From NCBI GenBank assembly GCA_964016885.1, contig OZ024741.1, positions 186,558,001 through 186,622,000 of the forward strand: DNA of 64,000 nucleotides, read 5' to 3'. Positions 12,367-25,528 of the stretch are shown here, piece after piece. Position 1 is the stretch's first letter; every line of letters begins with the position of its first letter. The translations under genes were made by a program, and so were the position numbers. The stretch is from Eledone cirrhosa. Lineage: Eukaryota. A model generated the notes under the pieces. It saw nothing but the letters and a program-made list of their open reading frames with translations, ran no database searches and was not told where the DNA came from.

Positions 12367-12514
12367 TTTCGTTTACATGTATTTAGATTTTTTATTGTGC
12401 ATCGGTCTAGTACGTGCGTCTCCAAGACGATTGACTGACACTGAGTCAAACCTCCGCGAAACGCGCGTAATAGGTCGATACACAATGAAAAAACTAAACG
12501 CATGTAAACGAGAC
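12367..12514. repeat. Old fold-back element keeping only the HHR 3' half
   Basis: Arms ~12367-12418 and ~12458-12514; GAAA cgcgcg TA at 12458; related sequence at ~13215-13340. Confidence 0.5.
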
Positions 12515-12654
12515 TTCATCTTTTTTCTTAATATATATATATATATATATATCATCATCATGCACACACGCACACATACGCACACGCACGCACACACACG
12601 CACACACACGCACATACATGCACACACACACACTCATATGCATATATATAGAGA

Positions 12655-12805
12655 GACGGCTGAACGCTTTCCACCAGCAGTGCCTGCGAAAGATCCTTCG
12701 TGTGTCCTGGCGCGACCGAGTGCGAAACGAGGAGATCCTGCGGAGTGCCGAGTCGTGGACGCTACAGAGAGTGGTCACGGAGCGTCGGTGCCGTCTGGCT
12801 GGCCA
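12655..12805 (+). pseudogene. RTE-type LINE ORF C-terminal fragment
   Basis: RRLNAFHQQCLRKILRVSWRDRVRNEEIL...ERRCRLAG matches the post-RT region of RTE LINEs. Confidence 0.75.
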
Positions 12806-12837
12806 AATACAGCATTATATATATATATATATATAAG

Positions 12838-12888
<51 letters not shown>

Positions 12889-12892
<4 letters not shown>

Positions 12893-13155
12893 GTGGAACA
12901 CTGGAAGGTAATATCCGTAGCAGTAGAGCACTCAGTCCAAGGGACGAGTTATGTAGAAGTGGTTACACAACAGTTAGTTCACCACACCGAGAACAATTGT
13001 TTCACTTTCGCGGATCTTCAGCTCGGGATGTGTATGGTTATAGGAACAGGAAGGCCTTCCTGTTCCTATAACCATACACATCCCGAGCTGAAGATCCGCG
13101 AAGGTGAAACAATTGTTCTCGGTATGGTGAACTAACTGTTGTGTAACCACTTCTA
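12889..13155. mobile_element. Family D fold-back element
   Basis: Near-perfect loop-less palindrome 12954-13155 centred on aagg|cctt (13054/13055); tail 12889-12953; (TA)n flanks. Confidence 0.85.
13083..13122 (+). ncRNA. Minimal type I hammerhead ribozyme (family D); mirror copy 12987-13026 on minus
   Basis: ccgag CTGAAGA tccgcgaaggt GAAA caattg TT ctcgg; helix III ACAATTGT is a perfect palindrome; helix II very short. Confidence 0.7.
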
Positions 13156-13675
13156 TATATATATATTTATATATGCATACATATATATATGTATGCATAT
13201 TCATATAGCTGATCTAGTGAATTACTGGTGCCGGGACCAAAGGAAGCAATCTATGCACAGGCACAATGTATATATCCTTTGCTAAACGCGCGTAACAGGT
13301 CGATAAACAATAAATATCGTATACATGTAAACGAAACGAGAACTATGTTACAGTGATTATATTGTAAAGTATTGTGGGAAGCTGACGATTCTAATAACGC
13401 TAAGTTCCATTTTCATGTTAGTCTATTCTCTCCACCTTTCTCTCCATCTCTTCCTTTTTCTCCACAAGTCCTGCTCCATGGTTTTCATCCACATTTTTTC
13501 TCCTCTCCTCCTCTTCCCTTCTCTCTTTCTAGAACCTTCTCATTTCTCATCTCATACTTTGACTCTCTTTCTTCCTGTCTCTTCCTCTCTCTTCCACTCT
13601 CCGTTTGATTTGTGGTCATATCTTAACCCTCAATTTTTTTTTACTATAAAACTAGTATCCAGCTGTTATCTTTAC

Positions 13676-13714
<39 letters not shown>

Positions 13715-13885
13715 TAGGGATATATGTAATATTTAGACATAGTCACAGATACATATATGAGTGTGTGGCTACCATCCACGGTGTGGCTCTATGGAAACAT
13801 TAATTAAGTAAATAATTATTAATCAGAGCTATATAAAATTATAAGTTTGAAGAACAGTCAGATAAAATATATATATCCAATTTTT

Positions 13886-14240
13886 TTCTCCTTAGTCCGG
13901 AGACACTAACTAGATAAATAATCATTTAAACGGAGCTAAGTGTACAATGTAACTTCGAAGAAATAACAGATAAATAACATAGACTATCCCCCGCGAGGGA
14001 TAGTCCGATAACATTTAGCTAGCCTTTCTTCTTAGCCCGTAGAAACTAACTAGATAAATAATCATTTAAACGGAGCTAAGGGTACAATGTAACTTCGAAG
14101 AAATAACAGATAAATAACATAGACTATCCCCCGCAAGGGACAGTCCGATAACATTTAGCTAGCCTTTCTTCTTAGCCCGTAGAAACTAACTAGATAGATA
14201 ATCATTTAAACGGAGCTAAGTCTAAAATGTAAGTTTGAAG
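13886..14240. repeat. 140-bp tandem repeat (~2.4 copies); diverged inverted copy at ~15074-15312
   Basis: Unit starts at 13901, 14041, 14181; internal hairpin gactatccc/gggatagtc. Confidence 0.85.
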
Positions 14241-14612
14241 CAAAAATGTATATAAACTTTACCAAAATTCTTCTAGTCCCGACTATCGATAGTTTCGCTC
14301 GTACTTTGTGGATATATCCAATCCTGGTATTATCCATGAGGTTTCAACCTTCTTAGAGACCCCTTAGTTAGGACTAAAATTTCCACAATGTGCGCCGCCA
14401 GAAATGAATTCAAAATGGGTAAGAATAATCACGTGGCCAGTGGTTAAAGTAGAAGGTTGTGAAGGGCAGAGCAGCTGGCAGGTAGGTTAGCTGCTAGAAG
14501 GAGCAGTTAGTTACCGCCTCAAGTTTACTCGACCGAACGGGAGTATAGAATAAATTCATAGGGATATATTTGTATATATATAAACTTACATATATATATA
14601 TATATATATACG

Positions 14613-14680
<68 letters not shown>

Positions 14681-14808
14681 AAAGTTTTATTTAAAATTGT
14701 TGGGTTACAACAAGTAAATATTTTATAACTGATATAAAGCACTCGACAAGTTTTTGGATTAGATATACGATATTAAACAAATGGAAACTATATTTATAAA
14801 ACCATATT

Positions 14809-14874
14809 TATTTCATTATACATATTTCAGGGATACCATGTTAAAAATATGGCATGCCTTCGTCAGATAAACTA
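14809..14874 (-). ncRNA. Type I hammerhead ribozyme (family A, CUGACGA)
   Basis: Minus strand: tttat CTGACGA aggcatgccat..atggtatccct GAAA tatgta TA atgaa; host element ~14677-14930. Confidence 0.72.
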
Positions 14875-15309
14875 CAATATATAACCAGTTTTATAAATAA
14901 TTTTGACGTACCATAAATATAGCGACCATTAAGGTAGGAGGCTGACTTGGTAGTGAAGTGTTTATAAATATTTAGTGTTAATCACAGTTACAAATAAAGA
15001 CAGGGAAAAAGAAGAAATATATGTAAAGAAAACCAGAAAGAGATAGAGAGAAATATATATATATATATATATAAACTTACATTTTAGACTTAGTTCCGTT
15101 TAATTGATTATTTGTCTAGTTAATTTCTCAGGGTAGCTAAATTTTATCTGACAATTCCTCGCGGAGGATAGTCTGTCATTTATCTGTTATTTCTTCAAAC
15201 TTACATTTTAAACTTAGCTCCGTTTAACTGATTATTAATTTAGTTAGTTTCTATGGACTAAGGAGAAGAAAAATTGGATATATTTTATCTGACTGTTCTT
15301 CAAACTTAC

Positions 15310-15661
<352 letters not shown>

Positions 15662-15831
15662 AAGAAAGATCCAGCGAGAATCGCATTTCGGCGGGCAGGA
15701 AGAGCGAAGAGAAACGCAAAAATCAGAAATGATACTGGCAAAGTGCTCAATAGTTAAAAACCAGAGCTAACCAATGCGTTACGAAGCCATACAAAACTGA
15801 AAAGGTGGTCAAGAAGGCATTGCCACCCAAG

Positions 15832-15891
<60 letters not shown>

Positions 15892-15941
15892 TAAAAACAA
15901 TGAATAAAAACAAAGAAACAGTTCCTTATATTAAAAAATTC

Positions 15942-16075
15942 ATCATTTTACGATCGTTTCTAGGATATATATGTGTGTGTTGGTTTGTATATCATATAGA
16001 TCTATGTAAACATTTTACAAACTATCAGAGGAAATATACATACCTACACATATATATGCTGTCTTCAGAAATAAT
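15942..16075 (-). ncRNA. Type I hammerhead ribozyme of the PLE 3' terminal repeat
   Basis: Minus strand: attattt CTGAAGA cagcatatatatgtgt...acacatatatatccta GAAA cgatcg TA aaatgat; helix III ACGATCGT palindrome. Confidence 0.72.
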
Positions 16076-16263
16076 TGTTTCTACTTTTGGCACAAGGCCA
16101 GCAATTACCCAGTACATCACTGGTACTTCATTTTATCGACCCCGTAAGGATGAAAGGCAAAGTCAACCTCGGCGGGATTTGAACTCAGATCATAAAGGGC
16201 CGTAACTCTATACTTGCAAAGCATAGTGTCCGACCCTCTACCGATACTGCCAATCCACCACCA
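16076..16263 (-). mobile_element. tRNA-derived SINE with 17-bp TSD
   Basis: Reverse complement of SINE consensus; ctgtcttcagaaataat at 16059-16075 and 16264-16280. Confidence 0.9.
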
Positions 16264-17000
16264 CTGTCTTCAGAAATAATGATATTTGTTTATTGAAAAG
16301 AACCAACAAAGATTTAATATATTAGGTCTGTTTGGGAACAGGTTTTGAATTGACCAATAGAAATGTAGTAAGTGGTCAAGTTGATAGAATAGTAGTAGTA
16401 GAAATTTAATTTAGGGGTAGAGGAATGCAGACTTAAGTTTTGAATGGAAAGAATATTTGAATGAAAAGATTAGTTTCGGGTTGAAAAGAGGTGAAGCCGG
16501 TGATAGGTAAACGAAAATTTAATGTTATTAAAGAATAATGCTAATGTTAAAATCGAAGGAGAATAAAATTTTAGGGTAAATGTGTTAGTGAGAAATACTG
16601 ATCTTATTTAAAATACAAGGAATTTAGATATATAACAAGAAATTAAATTAATTTAATTGATAGGTATACTTATAGGCATAAATTTATATTAATTCATATA
16701 GATGTGATAAATAAGAGTTAGATGTTATTAAAGAATGTTGTTAAAAACGAAGGAAAAAAATGTTGGGATAAATGTATTAGTGAGAAATAACAAACTTATA
16801 TAGACTACAAGGAGTTTAGATTCATAACAGGAAATTAAAATAGTTTATATGGATAATTATAGGTATTAATTTTAGGAAAAGAGAGCAGTAAAAGGGAAAT
16901 AAAATTATGAAGTTCACAGTAGTAAAATACTAATTATAGGTTAACTAAATAAAAAAAAAACAATTATAATAATTTGTAAAATATAAGTGTAAGGTGTATA

Positions 17001-17425
17001 TTAATTAGGTTTATAATATTTGAAAGTTCTTCTAATTCTATGATTGCACGATACAATTAATTCTTGTCGCTTATTTAATAGGATATCCTTAGATTTCATT
17101 ATTTCAAAAAGTTCCTGGGAACATAATCTACACTCATATCTGTTATTTTGATAAGGGGTGGCCCTTTTGAGCACACTCCAGGTCAGGTTATAATCGATAT
17201 TCTTTTTTCTATAATTATTAATTATTTCAGCCAAGGATGTTGTATTAGCTAATGCGGCATTTTTAAAACTATGTTTGTGGGTATTAAATCTTACTTTAAA
17301 TTGGTTAGAAGTAGCACCTATATATGAATAAGTTGAGTCTAGTGCTAATTTTACATTTATATACTATGTTATTAATAAGACAATTTCCTTTAATGGGCAA
17401 TTTCGTTTGTTTCTACAGTTATAAC
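17001..17425 (-). pseudogene. PLE GIY-YIG endonuclease domain (frameshifted)
   Basis: NCRNKRNCPLK/GNCLINNIVYKC/YIGATSNQFKVRFNTHKHSF..TSLA..W..CRLCSQE..LLNKRQELIVSCNH; two frameshifts upstream of the listed ORF. Confidence 0.85.
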
Positions 17426-17910
17426 CATTCGTGAATATTATATCAGAGGAGTTAGTCAAATTTGGTGTGGAATTTACTCGACTAGTTATATGTGAAGGAG
17501 ATGGTGGTTTGTTGCGGTTTATTTTAGTATTATGGTTAGTTTGATGTGTTGGTGGTATATTCGTGGTTTTTTTACATTTATATGCATTGTAGGCACTTAT
17601 ATTTTGTTGTATATTTTTGGTAGTGGAGTAGGAAAATTTGACCGTTGAAAATGTTTAAATAGATCTATATGATATACATACCAATACACACATATATCTC
17701 CTAGAAACGATTGTAAAATGATGAATTTTTTAATATAAGGAACTCTTTCTTTCTTTTTATTCATTGTTTTTATTAATTTATCTTGACTCTGTTTTCCTGT
17801 TATTTTCATCGAAAAAATGTTTGAATACATCTTCACTTTCCCTGATATTTGGATTACATTGAGTTCTTCATACGGATTGGACACTACCGTATATTTTGGT
17901 AGATTTATCT

Positions 17911-18005
<95 letters not shown>

Positions 18006-18012
18006 TATATAC

Positions 18013-18100
<88 letters not shown>

Positions 18101-18102
<2 letters not shown>

Positions 18103-18304
18103 GATATTAACAAATGGAAACTATATTTATAAAACCATATTTATTTCATTATACATATTTCAAGAACGTCAAGTTAAATTATGGTGTGCTTTCATCAGAT
18201 AAAATATAATATAGACCAGTTTTATAAATAAATATTGACATACCCTTAAAGAATGCAACCATTACTGTTGGAAGCTCCCGGAGCTTCCAACAGTAATGGT
18301 TGCA
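18101..18304 (-). mobile_element. Family A element with HHR (18142-18206) ending in a perfect 25-bp hairpin
   Basis: CTGATGA/GAAA tatgta TA on minus; hairpin 18254-18304 with 1-nt loop. Confidence 0.8.
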
Positions 18305-18323
18305 TATATATATATATACATAT

Positions 18324-18397
<74 letters not shown>

Positions 18398-18399
<2 letters not shown>

Positions 18400-18650
18400 T
18401 ACTTCCTCCCGTTTGACCTGTGCGAGATTCTTTCCTCACGCACACTTCGACCAGGTCATATGGTCTTTATTCTCTCTCGTCTACGATTTCACAGAACTTA
18501 TGTTCATCGATTTCAGGGACTTGACTCCTTCTTCCTCCCGTTTGACCTGTGCGAAATTCTTTCCTCACGCACACTTCGACCAGGGCGGATTGTCTTTATT
18601 CTCTCTCGTCCACGATTTCACAGAACTTATGTTCATCGATTTCAGGAACT
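18398..18650. repeat. 129-bp tandem duplication
   Basis: cttcctcccgtttgacctgtgcga recurs 129 bp apart; (TA)n flanks. Confidence 0.85.
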
Positions 18651-18890
18651 ATATATATATATATGTATGTATGTATGTAAAAGGTAAACAGAAATAACAA
18701 CACAATCGGTACAGTATATGGAAGGGATATATTAGGTTATAGCTTGATATAGCAGGAAGAGGGTCTTAACGCTAGTCATTCATCAGAAGAAAAAATGAGA
18801 AATAAGATAGATTTAGGGGACGGGCGGGTTGGAATTGGAAAAAATGTCTTTAGATAAAAACAACGGGTCCATTAATGTTGACATCTCTTG

Positions 18891-18940
<50 letters not shown>

Positions 18941-19277
18941 GCATGCATGTATATATGTGTGTGTTTGTGTATGTGAACAGGCAAGAGTGAGTGTTTTGAA
19001 GTCTAATTATGGTGCTGTTTGGTTCTGTTTGAAATAAAGCCTAAAAGGAAAAGAATTACTAAAACATTATAGAAGTCATGACAAAATTTCAAATGAATTT
19101 CCAGATCGATCAAAGAATCGATGATATGACACTAGGGTATCGATAATTCTGTTGACTCGCATCACTCATGACTGTATCAATTGCTTTTATATTATTACTA
19201 TGATAATAATAACAATGATGATGATGATGATGATGAGGAGGAGGAGGAGGAGGAGGAGGAGTGGGGGGCGGGTGAAA

Positions 19278-19320
<43 letters not shown>

Positions 19321-19403
19321 ACTGGTGGAGTAGAAATGAGGAAAAGAGAGGTATAAATCATAAATTGAAAATGGTAAGAATGTTAAATAGATAGATAGAT
19401 AAC

Positions 19404-21088
19404 TTTCTATTTATTTGCCACCAGGGCATAAAAGATTGGGACAAATACAAAGAGGGGGAGGAAGTTTACATACAATAAAACGAGTACAGAAATATAACAA
19501 ACAAAATAAAACAATCAAAATGCTCAATAGGGAGGTGGCGTTTTGGGGGTCGCACACACCCCCGAAAAAATGTGCAACTGGCTGTTTAGAGAGAAGGCCC
19601 ATTCACAGGGGCCATTCTCGTCACTTTCACCCACCTTTCATAAAACTGGCTGGGGTACACCACCTCTCTCTCCATCCTGATCCTTCTTCCGAAATGATAT
19701 CGGAAGAAAAGGACCAGTAGTTGGCCGGAGAGAAAGGTGTCCGACCTTAGTCCTTTGAAACGCGTCTACCATACAACCTCTTTCACCATGGCTACTACAC
19801 AGAGGAAGACCACTCTCCTTCGTTTTTGAATGGGGGAGGCGGTTTGATCGTAACACTGGACTCGGTAGTCAACCGGATTGGTCCCACCCGTGACAGCAGT
19901 CGTTCCAAATAGCCCCACAGGTCGGCAACGCCCGGGCAGTGTACCAATGCGTGTGCGACGGTTTCCTCGTCGCGCACGCATCTCGAACAGATCTTTTTCG
20001 AAGGGTCCCTACCCGGGGCCCGTATGTGTAGAGCTTGTCTCGAGCGGGCAGAACCCCACGCTAGCAGTGCTAGACCAGGGACCTCTGGAAGTTGTCTATC
20101 GATTCCGGGCCAATTATCCTACCGAACAGGCTGGCTAGTTCTTCCTCCTCCATGCCTAGGGCTTCTCCGAGGGCGTCGTAGCACCTGCTACTGACCAACC
20201 CTCTATAGAATGTCGAGGTGGAATCTCCACTGATAGCTGGGTCCGCCTCCCAGAGAGCCGTGAGCGCCTGAGCACACTCCGTGTGCCTGTCGCCCATTTT
20301 CCTCGGTCTTTGCTTGACCCAGGAGTGCAGCTCGGTCAGCGAGACGAGTCGTGGGAAGCTCGCCTCACGAACGGGGCTCACACCGGTTGTTCGGTGAGGA
20401 ATACGTAGAGATGCCGCAGCCTGAGCGCGTGTTTGCGCATCGTCAGCCACGGCTTCTCCAGCCCTCCGTTGGAAGGGTATTGGCAGCAGATGGATCTTTT
20501 CACCAAAGGAGCCCGCTTTTTCCAAAGGAATTGGAAGAGCGCGCGCTCCATTTTGGTGAGCGTTTTGGCTGGACAAGGCACGATGGTCAAGCGGTAGTAG
20601 ATGACGGACGCTATAAAAGTGTTCGGCACCTCCGCTCGACCTTTCAAGGATAGTTTGCACTCGGCCCACTTCTGGGTGAATGAAAACATCCTTGGCCCTC
20701 ACCTCGTTCCAGTCCTTCTCCACCTGGAGGTCCGGACCAAACTAGATCCCCAGCAGCTTCACCGGTCCTTCTGTCCAGCGTCCGACGACGCCATCGGAAG
20801 GCATCGTTTTGCCTCTACACGATCCGAGTGCAAACCGATGGACTTGTCCCGGTTCAGCTTCGCTCCTGTGAATCTTTCGTATTCCTTCAGTAAGGTGCCG
20901 ACTTCCTCGATTTCCGAGGTTACTGTTACGTTGTCGGCGTAGGCCGACGCCGCTTTCCGCAGTCCCGATTCCAGATGGATGCCCTGCAATAGCTCCAACA
21001 TCCGCAGTAGTTGCTCGAGAGTCAGTACGTACAGAAGGGAGGACATCCCTGTCGGGTGGATCGCGTGATATGGAACGGCTCCGAGAGG
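19404..21088 (-). mobile_element. 5'-truncated L1/Tx1-clade LINE (RT to C-terminal zinc knuckle, disrupted)
   Basis: [41 protein letters not shown] and EETVAHALVHC motifs across frameshifted ORFs; GATA-type repeats on both sides. Confidence 0.88.
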
Positions 21089-21112
21089 TAAGAGAGAGAT
21101 ATATATATATAT

Positions 21113-21167
<55 letters not shown>

Positions 21168-21223
21168 TATTGATTGATTGATTGATTGATTGATAGATAG
21201 ATAGATAGATAGATGGATGGATG

Positions 21224-21305
<82 letters not shown>

Positions 21306-21306
<1 letters not shown>

Positions 21307-21388
21307 TTCTTTATTAGCCACAAGGGCGCACAAGAAAAAGGGGGGGGGGACAAAGATATGCCGGGGATTTTACATACAATCGTGTAAA
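21306..21388 (-). mobile_element. Very short 3'-end stub of a related LINE inside (GATA)n
   Basis: tttctttattagccacaagggc resembles the 19404 end tttctatttatttgccaccagggc; (GATA)n on both sides. Confidence 0.5.
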
Positions 21389-22300
21389 GATAGATAGACA
21401 GATAGATTTACGGTCTAAAAAAATTAAAAGTAAAACAGGAAAATAGAAAGAAAGAAATTAAGAAAGAACAAGAGAATCGAATTAAAATATAAATAAGGAA
21501 ATAAAGAAAGCAAGCTCTGAGGAGCGAACATAAAAAAGAACACGTAATTAGTGATAGGTTCATTCGGTACAATTTCTTATGTTTTTTGTGCCAAGGGAGA
21601 TAAATCAAACAAATATAGACACGGTTATGTTGATAGTGATAGGGGAGACAACAGAGTGAGAGGTGTAGAGAACAGTGAGGTTACAGAGAGTGGGGAAGGA
21701 GAGCAACAAGCATATAGAATTGATGCGGGAGAATGTGGAATAAAAGAGAGAAATGGGGAGAGAAAGTGGGAGAACAGTGAGATTGAGGATAGAGAAGATA
21801 TAGAAAGACAGAGTGAGATAGGGGCGCTGACTGGAAAGTGGAAGGGTATATGAACATAGAGTAAAGATGAGAGTTCGATAAATGGAAAATACAGCGAATG
21901 AGCATTGAAAGAGAGTAAGGGAAGAGAGGAAAACTGAAGAGAGATTTTACATGAGTGATTTATGAGAAAGAAAATAGACAAGTACTGGAAGAAAATGAAC
22001 AGAGAAAAGTGATATTTTTAAAGGGAGAGTAAGAAGAAGAGCAATCAGTGTGAGATGACAGAGGCGTGGAGAGGAGAGAAAGGGTGCAATAATGAGAAAG
22101 ATGTGTCCGAGAGAGCGGGAGGAAGACACAAGATACAAGATACGAATATTGTTAGCAGTAAAAGAGAGAATAGAAAAAGATAAAAAGGGAGAAAAAACTG
22201 TCTTAAGGCGTGATAGAAAGATATAGTAGGGAATGTTGTCTGTAGGGGGGAGAAATAAAATAGTAGACTCAGAGGAATAAAGTATACGGAATTTTTTAGT

Positions 22301-25300
22301 GTTATATATTATATGTTAGTTAGATGTTATATGTTAGTTACATGTTATATCTTAGTTATATGTTAGTTAGATGTTATATGTTAGTTAGATGTTAGTTATA
22401 TGTTAATGTTAGTTATATGTTAGTTATATGTTAATGTTAGTTATATGTTAGTTATATGTTATATGTTAGTTAGATGTTATATGTTAGTTATATGTTATAT
22501 GTAAGTTATATGTTAGTTATATGTTATATGTTAGTTAGATGTTAGTTAGATGTTATATGTTAGTTATATGTTATCTGTTAGTTATATGTTAGTTATATGT
22601 TAATGTTAGTTATATGTTAGTTAGATGTTATATGTTAGTTATATGTTAGTTAGATGTTATATGTTAGTTAGATGTTATATGTTAGCTATATGTTATATGT
22701 TAGTTATATGTTAGTTATATGTTATATGTTAGTTATATGTTAGTTATATGTTATATGTTAGTTATATGTTATATGTTAGTTATATGTTAGTTATATGTTA
22801 TATGTTAGTTAGATGTTATATGTTAGTTATATGTTAGTTAGATGTTATATGTTAGTTATATGTTAGTTAGATGTTATATGTTAGTTATATGTTAATGTTA
22901 GTTATATGTTAGTTAGATGTTATATGTTAGTTATATGTTAGTTAGATGTTATATGTTAGTTAGATGTTATATGTTAGCTATATGTTATATGTTAGTTATA
23001 TGTTAGTTATATGTTATATGTTAGTTATATGTTAGTTATATGTTATATGTTAGTTATATGTTATATGTTAGTTATATGTTAGTTATATGTTATATGTTAG
23101 TTATATGTTATATGTTAGTTATATGTTATATGTTAGTTATATGTTAGTTATATATTATATGTTAGTTAGATGTTATATCTTAGTTATATGTTATATGTTA
23201 GTTATATGTTATATGTTAGTTATATGTTAGTTAGATGTTATATGTTAGTTATATGTTATATGTTAGTTATATGTTAGTTAGATATTATATGTTAGTTATA
23301 TGTTATATGTTAGTTATATGTTAGTTATATGTTATATGTTAGTTATATGTTAGTTACATATTATATGTTAGATGTTATATGTTAGTTAGATGCTATATGT
23401 TAGTTATATGTTAGTTATATGTTATATGTTATATGTAAGTTATATGTTAGTTATATGTTATATGTTAGTTATATGTAAGTTATATGTTATATGTTAGTTA
23501 TATGTTAATTATATGTTATATGTTAGTTATATGTTAGTTATATATTATATGTTAGTTATATGTTATATGTTAGTTATATGTTACTTATATGTTATATGTT
23601 AGTTATATGTTATATGTTAGTTATATGTTATATGTTAGTTATATGTTATATGTTAGTTATATGTTATAAGTAAGTTATATGTTAGTTATATGTTAGTTAT
23701 ATATTATATGTTAGTTATATGTTAGTTATATGTTATATGTTAGTTATATGTTATATGTTAGTTATATGTTATAAGTAAGTTATATGTTAGTTATATGTTA
23801 GTTATATATTATATGTTAGTTATATGTTATATGTTAGTTATATGTTAGATATATGTTATATGTTAGTTATATGTTAGTTATATATTATATGTTAGTTATA
23901 TGTTATATGTTAGTTATATGTTATATGTTAGTTATATGTTAGTTATATGTTATATGTTAGTTATATGTTAGTTATATGTTATATGTTAGTTATATGTTAG
24001 TTATATGTTATATGTTAGTTATATGTTATATGTTAGTTATATGTTATATGTTAGTTATATGTTAGTTATATATTATATGTTAGTTAGATGTTATATCTTA
24101 GTTATATGTTATATGTTAGTTATATGTTATATGTTAGTTATATGTTAGTTAGATGTTATATGTTAGTTATATGTTATATGTTAGTTATATGTTATATGTT
24201 AGTTATATGTTAGTTAGATATTATATGTTAGTTATATGTTATATGTTAGTTATATGTTAGTTATATGTTATATGTTAGTTATATGTTATATGTTAGTTAT
24301 ATGTTAGTTACATATTATATGTTAGATGTTATATGTTAGTTAGATGCTATATGTTAGTTATATGTTAGTTATATGTTATATGTTATATGTAAGTTATATG
24401 TTAGTTATATGTTATATGTTAGTTATATGTTAGTTATATGTTATATGTTAGTTATATGTTAATTATATGTTATATGTTAGTTATATGTTAGTTATATATT
24501 ATATGTTAGTTATATGTTATATGTTAGTTATATGTTAGTTATATGTTATATGTTAGTTATATGTTATATGTTAGTTATATGTTATATGTTAGTTATATGT
24601 TATATGTTAGTTATATGTTATAAGTAAGTTATATGTTAGTTATATGTTAGTTATATATTATATGTTAGTTATATGTTAGTTATATGTTATATGTTAGTTA
24701 TATGTTATATGTTAGTTATATGTTATAAGTAAGTTATATGTTAGTTATATGTTAGTTATATATTATATGTTAGTTATATGTTATATGTTAGTTATATGTT
24801 AGATATATGTTATATGTTAGTTATATGTTAGTTATATATTATATGTTAGTTATATGTTATATGTTAGTTATATGTTATATGTTAGTTATATGTTAGTTAT
24901 ATGTTATATGTTAGTTATATGTTAGTTATATGTTATATGTTAGTTATATGTTAGTTATATGTTATATGTTAGTTATATGTTATATGTTAGTTATATGTTA
25001 TATGTTAGTTATATGTTATATGTTAGTTATATGTTAGTTATATATTATATGTTAGATGTTATATGTTAGTTATATGTTAGTTATATGTTATATGTTATAT
25101 GTTATATGTAAGTTATATATTAGTTATATGTTATATGTTAGTTATATGTTAGTTATATGTTATATGTTAGTTATATGTTATATGTTAGTTATATGTTATA
25201 TGTTAGTTATATGTTAGTTATATGTTATATGTTAGTTATATGTAAGTTATATGTTATGTGTTAGTTATATGTTAGTTATATGTTATATGTTAGTTATATG

Positions 25301-25528
25301 TTATATGTTATATGTTATATGTTAGTTATATGTTAGTTATATGTTATATATTACTTATATCTTTGTTATATGTTATATGTTATATGTGATATGTTAGTTA
25401 TATGTTATATGTTAGTTATATATTAGTTATATGTTATATGTTAGTTATATGTTATATGTCAGTTATACGTTATATGTTAGTTATATGTTAGTTATATGTT
25501 AGGTGTATGTTAGTTATATGTTAGTTAT
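22301..25528. repeat. Compound satellite of GTTATAT / GTTAGTTATAT units
   Basis: 3.2 kb of 7- and 11-bp units; rare variants recur at 292- and 954-bp spacing. Confidence 0.95.

Larger units (their letters stand above)
15888..17912 (-). mobile_element. 5'-truncated Penelope-like element with inverted terminal repeat
   Basis: GIY-YIG remnant, AT-rich 3' UTR and HHR; 17648-17775 is an inverted copy of 15888-16015; (TA)n on both sides. Confidence 0.8.

Noticed and set aside
21410-22290. Purine-rich ORFs
   Set aside because: GA-rich low-complexity tract with no protein motif
22301-25528. Interstitial telomere
   Set aside because: Contains TTAG but no TTAGGG or TTAGG array
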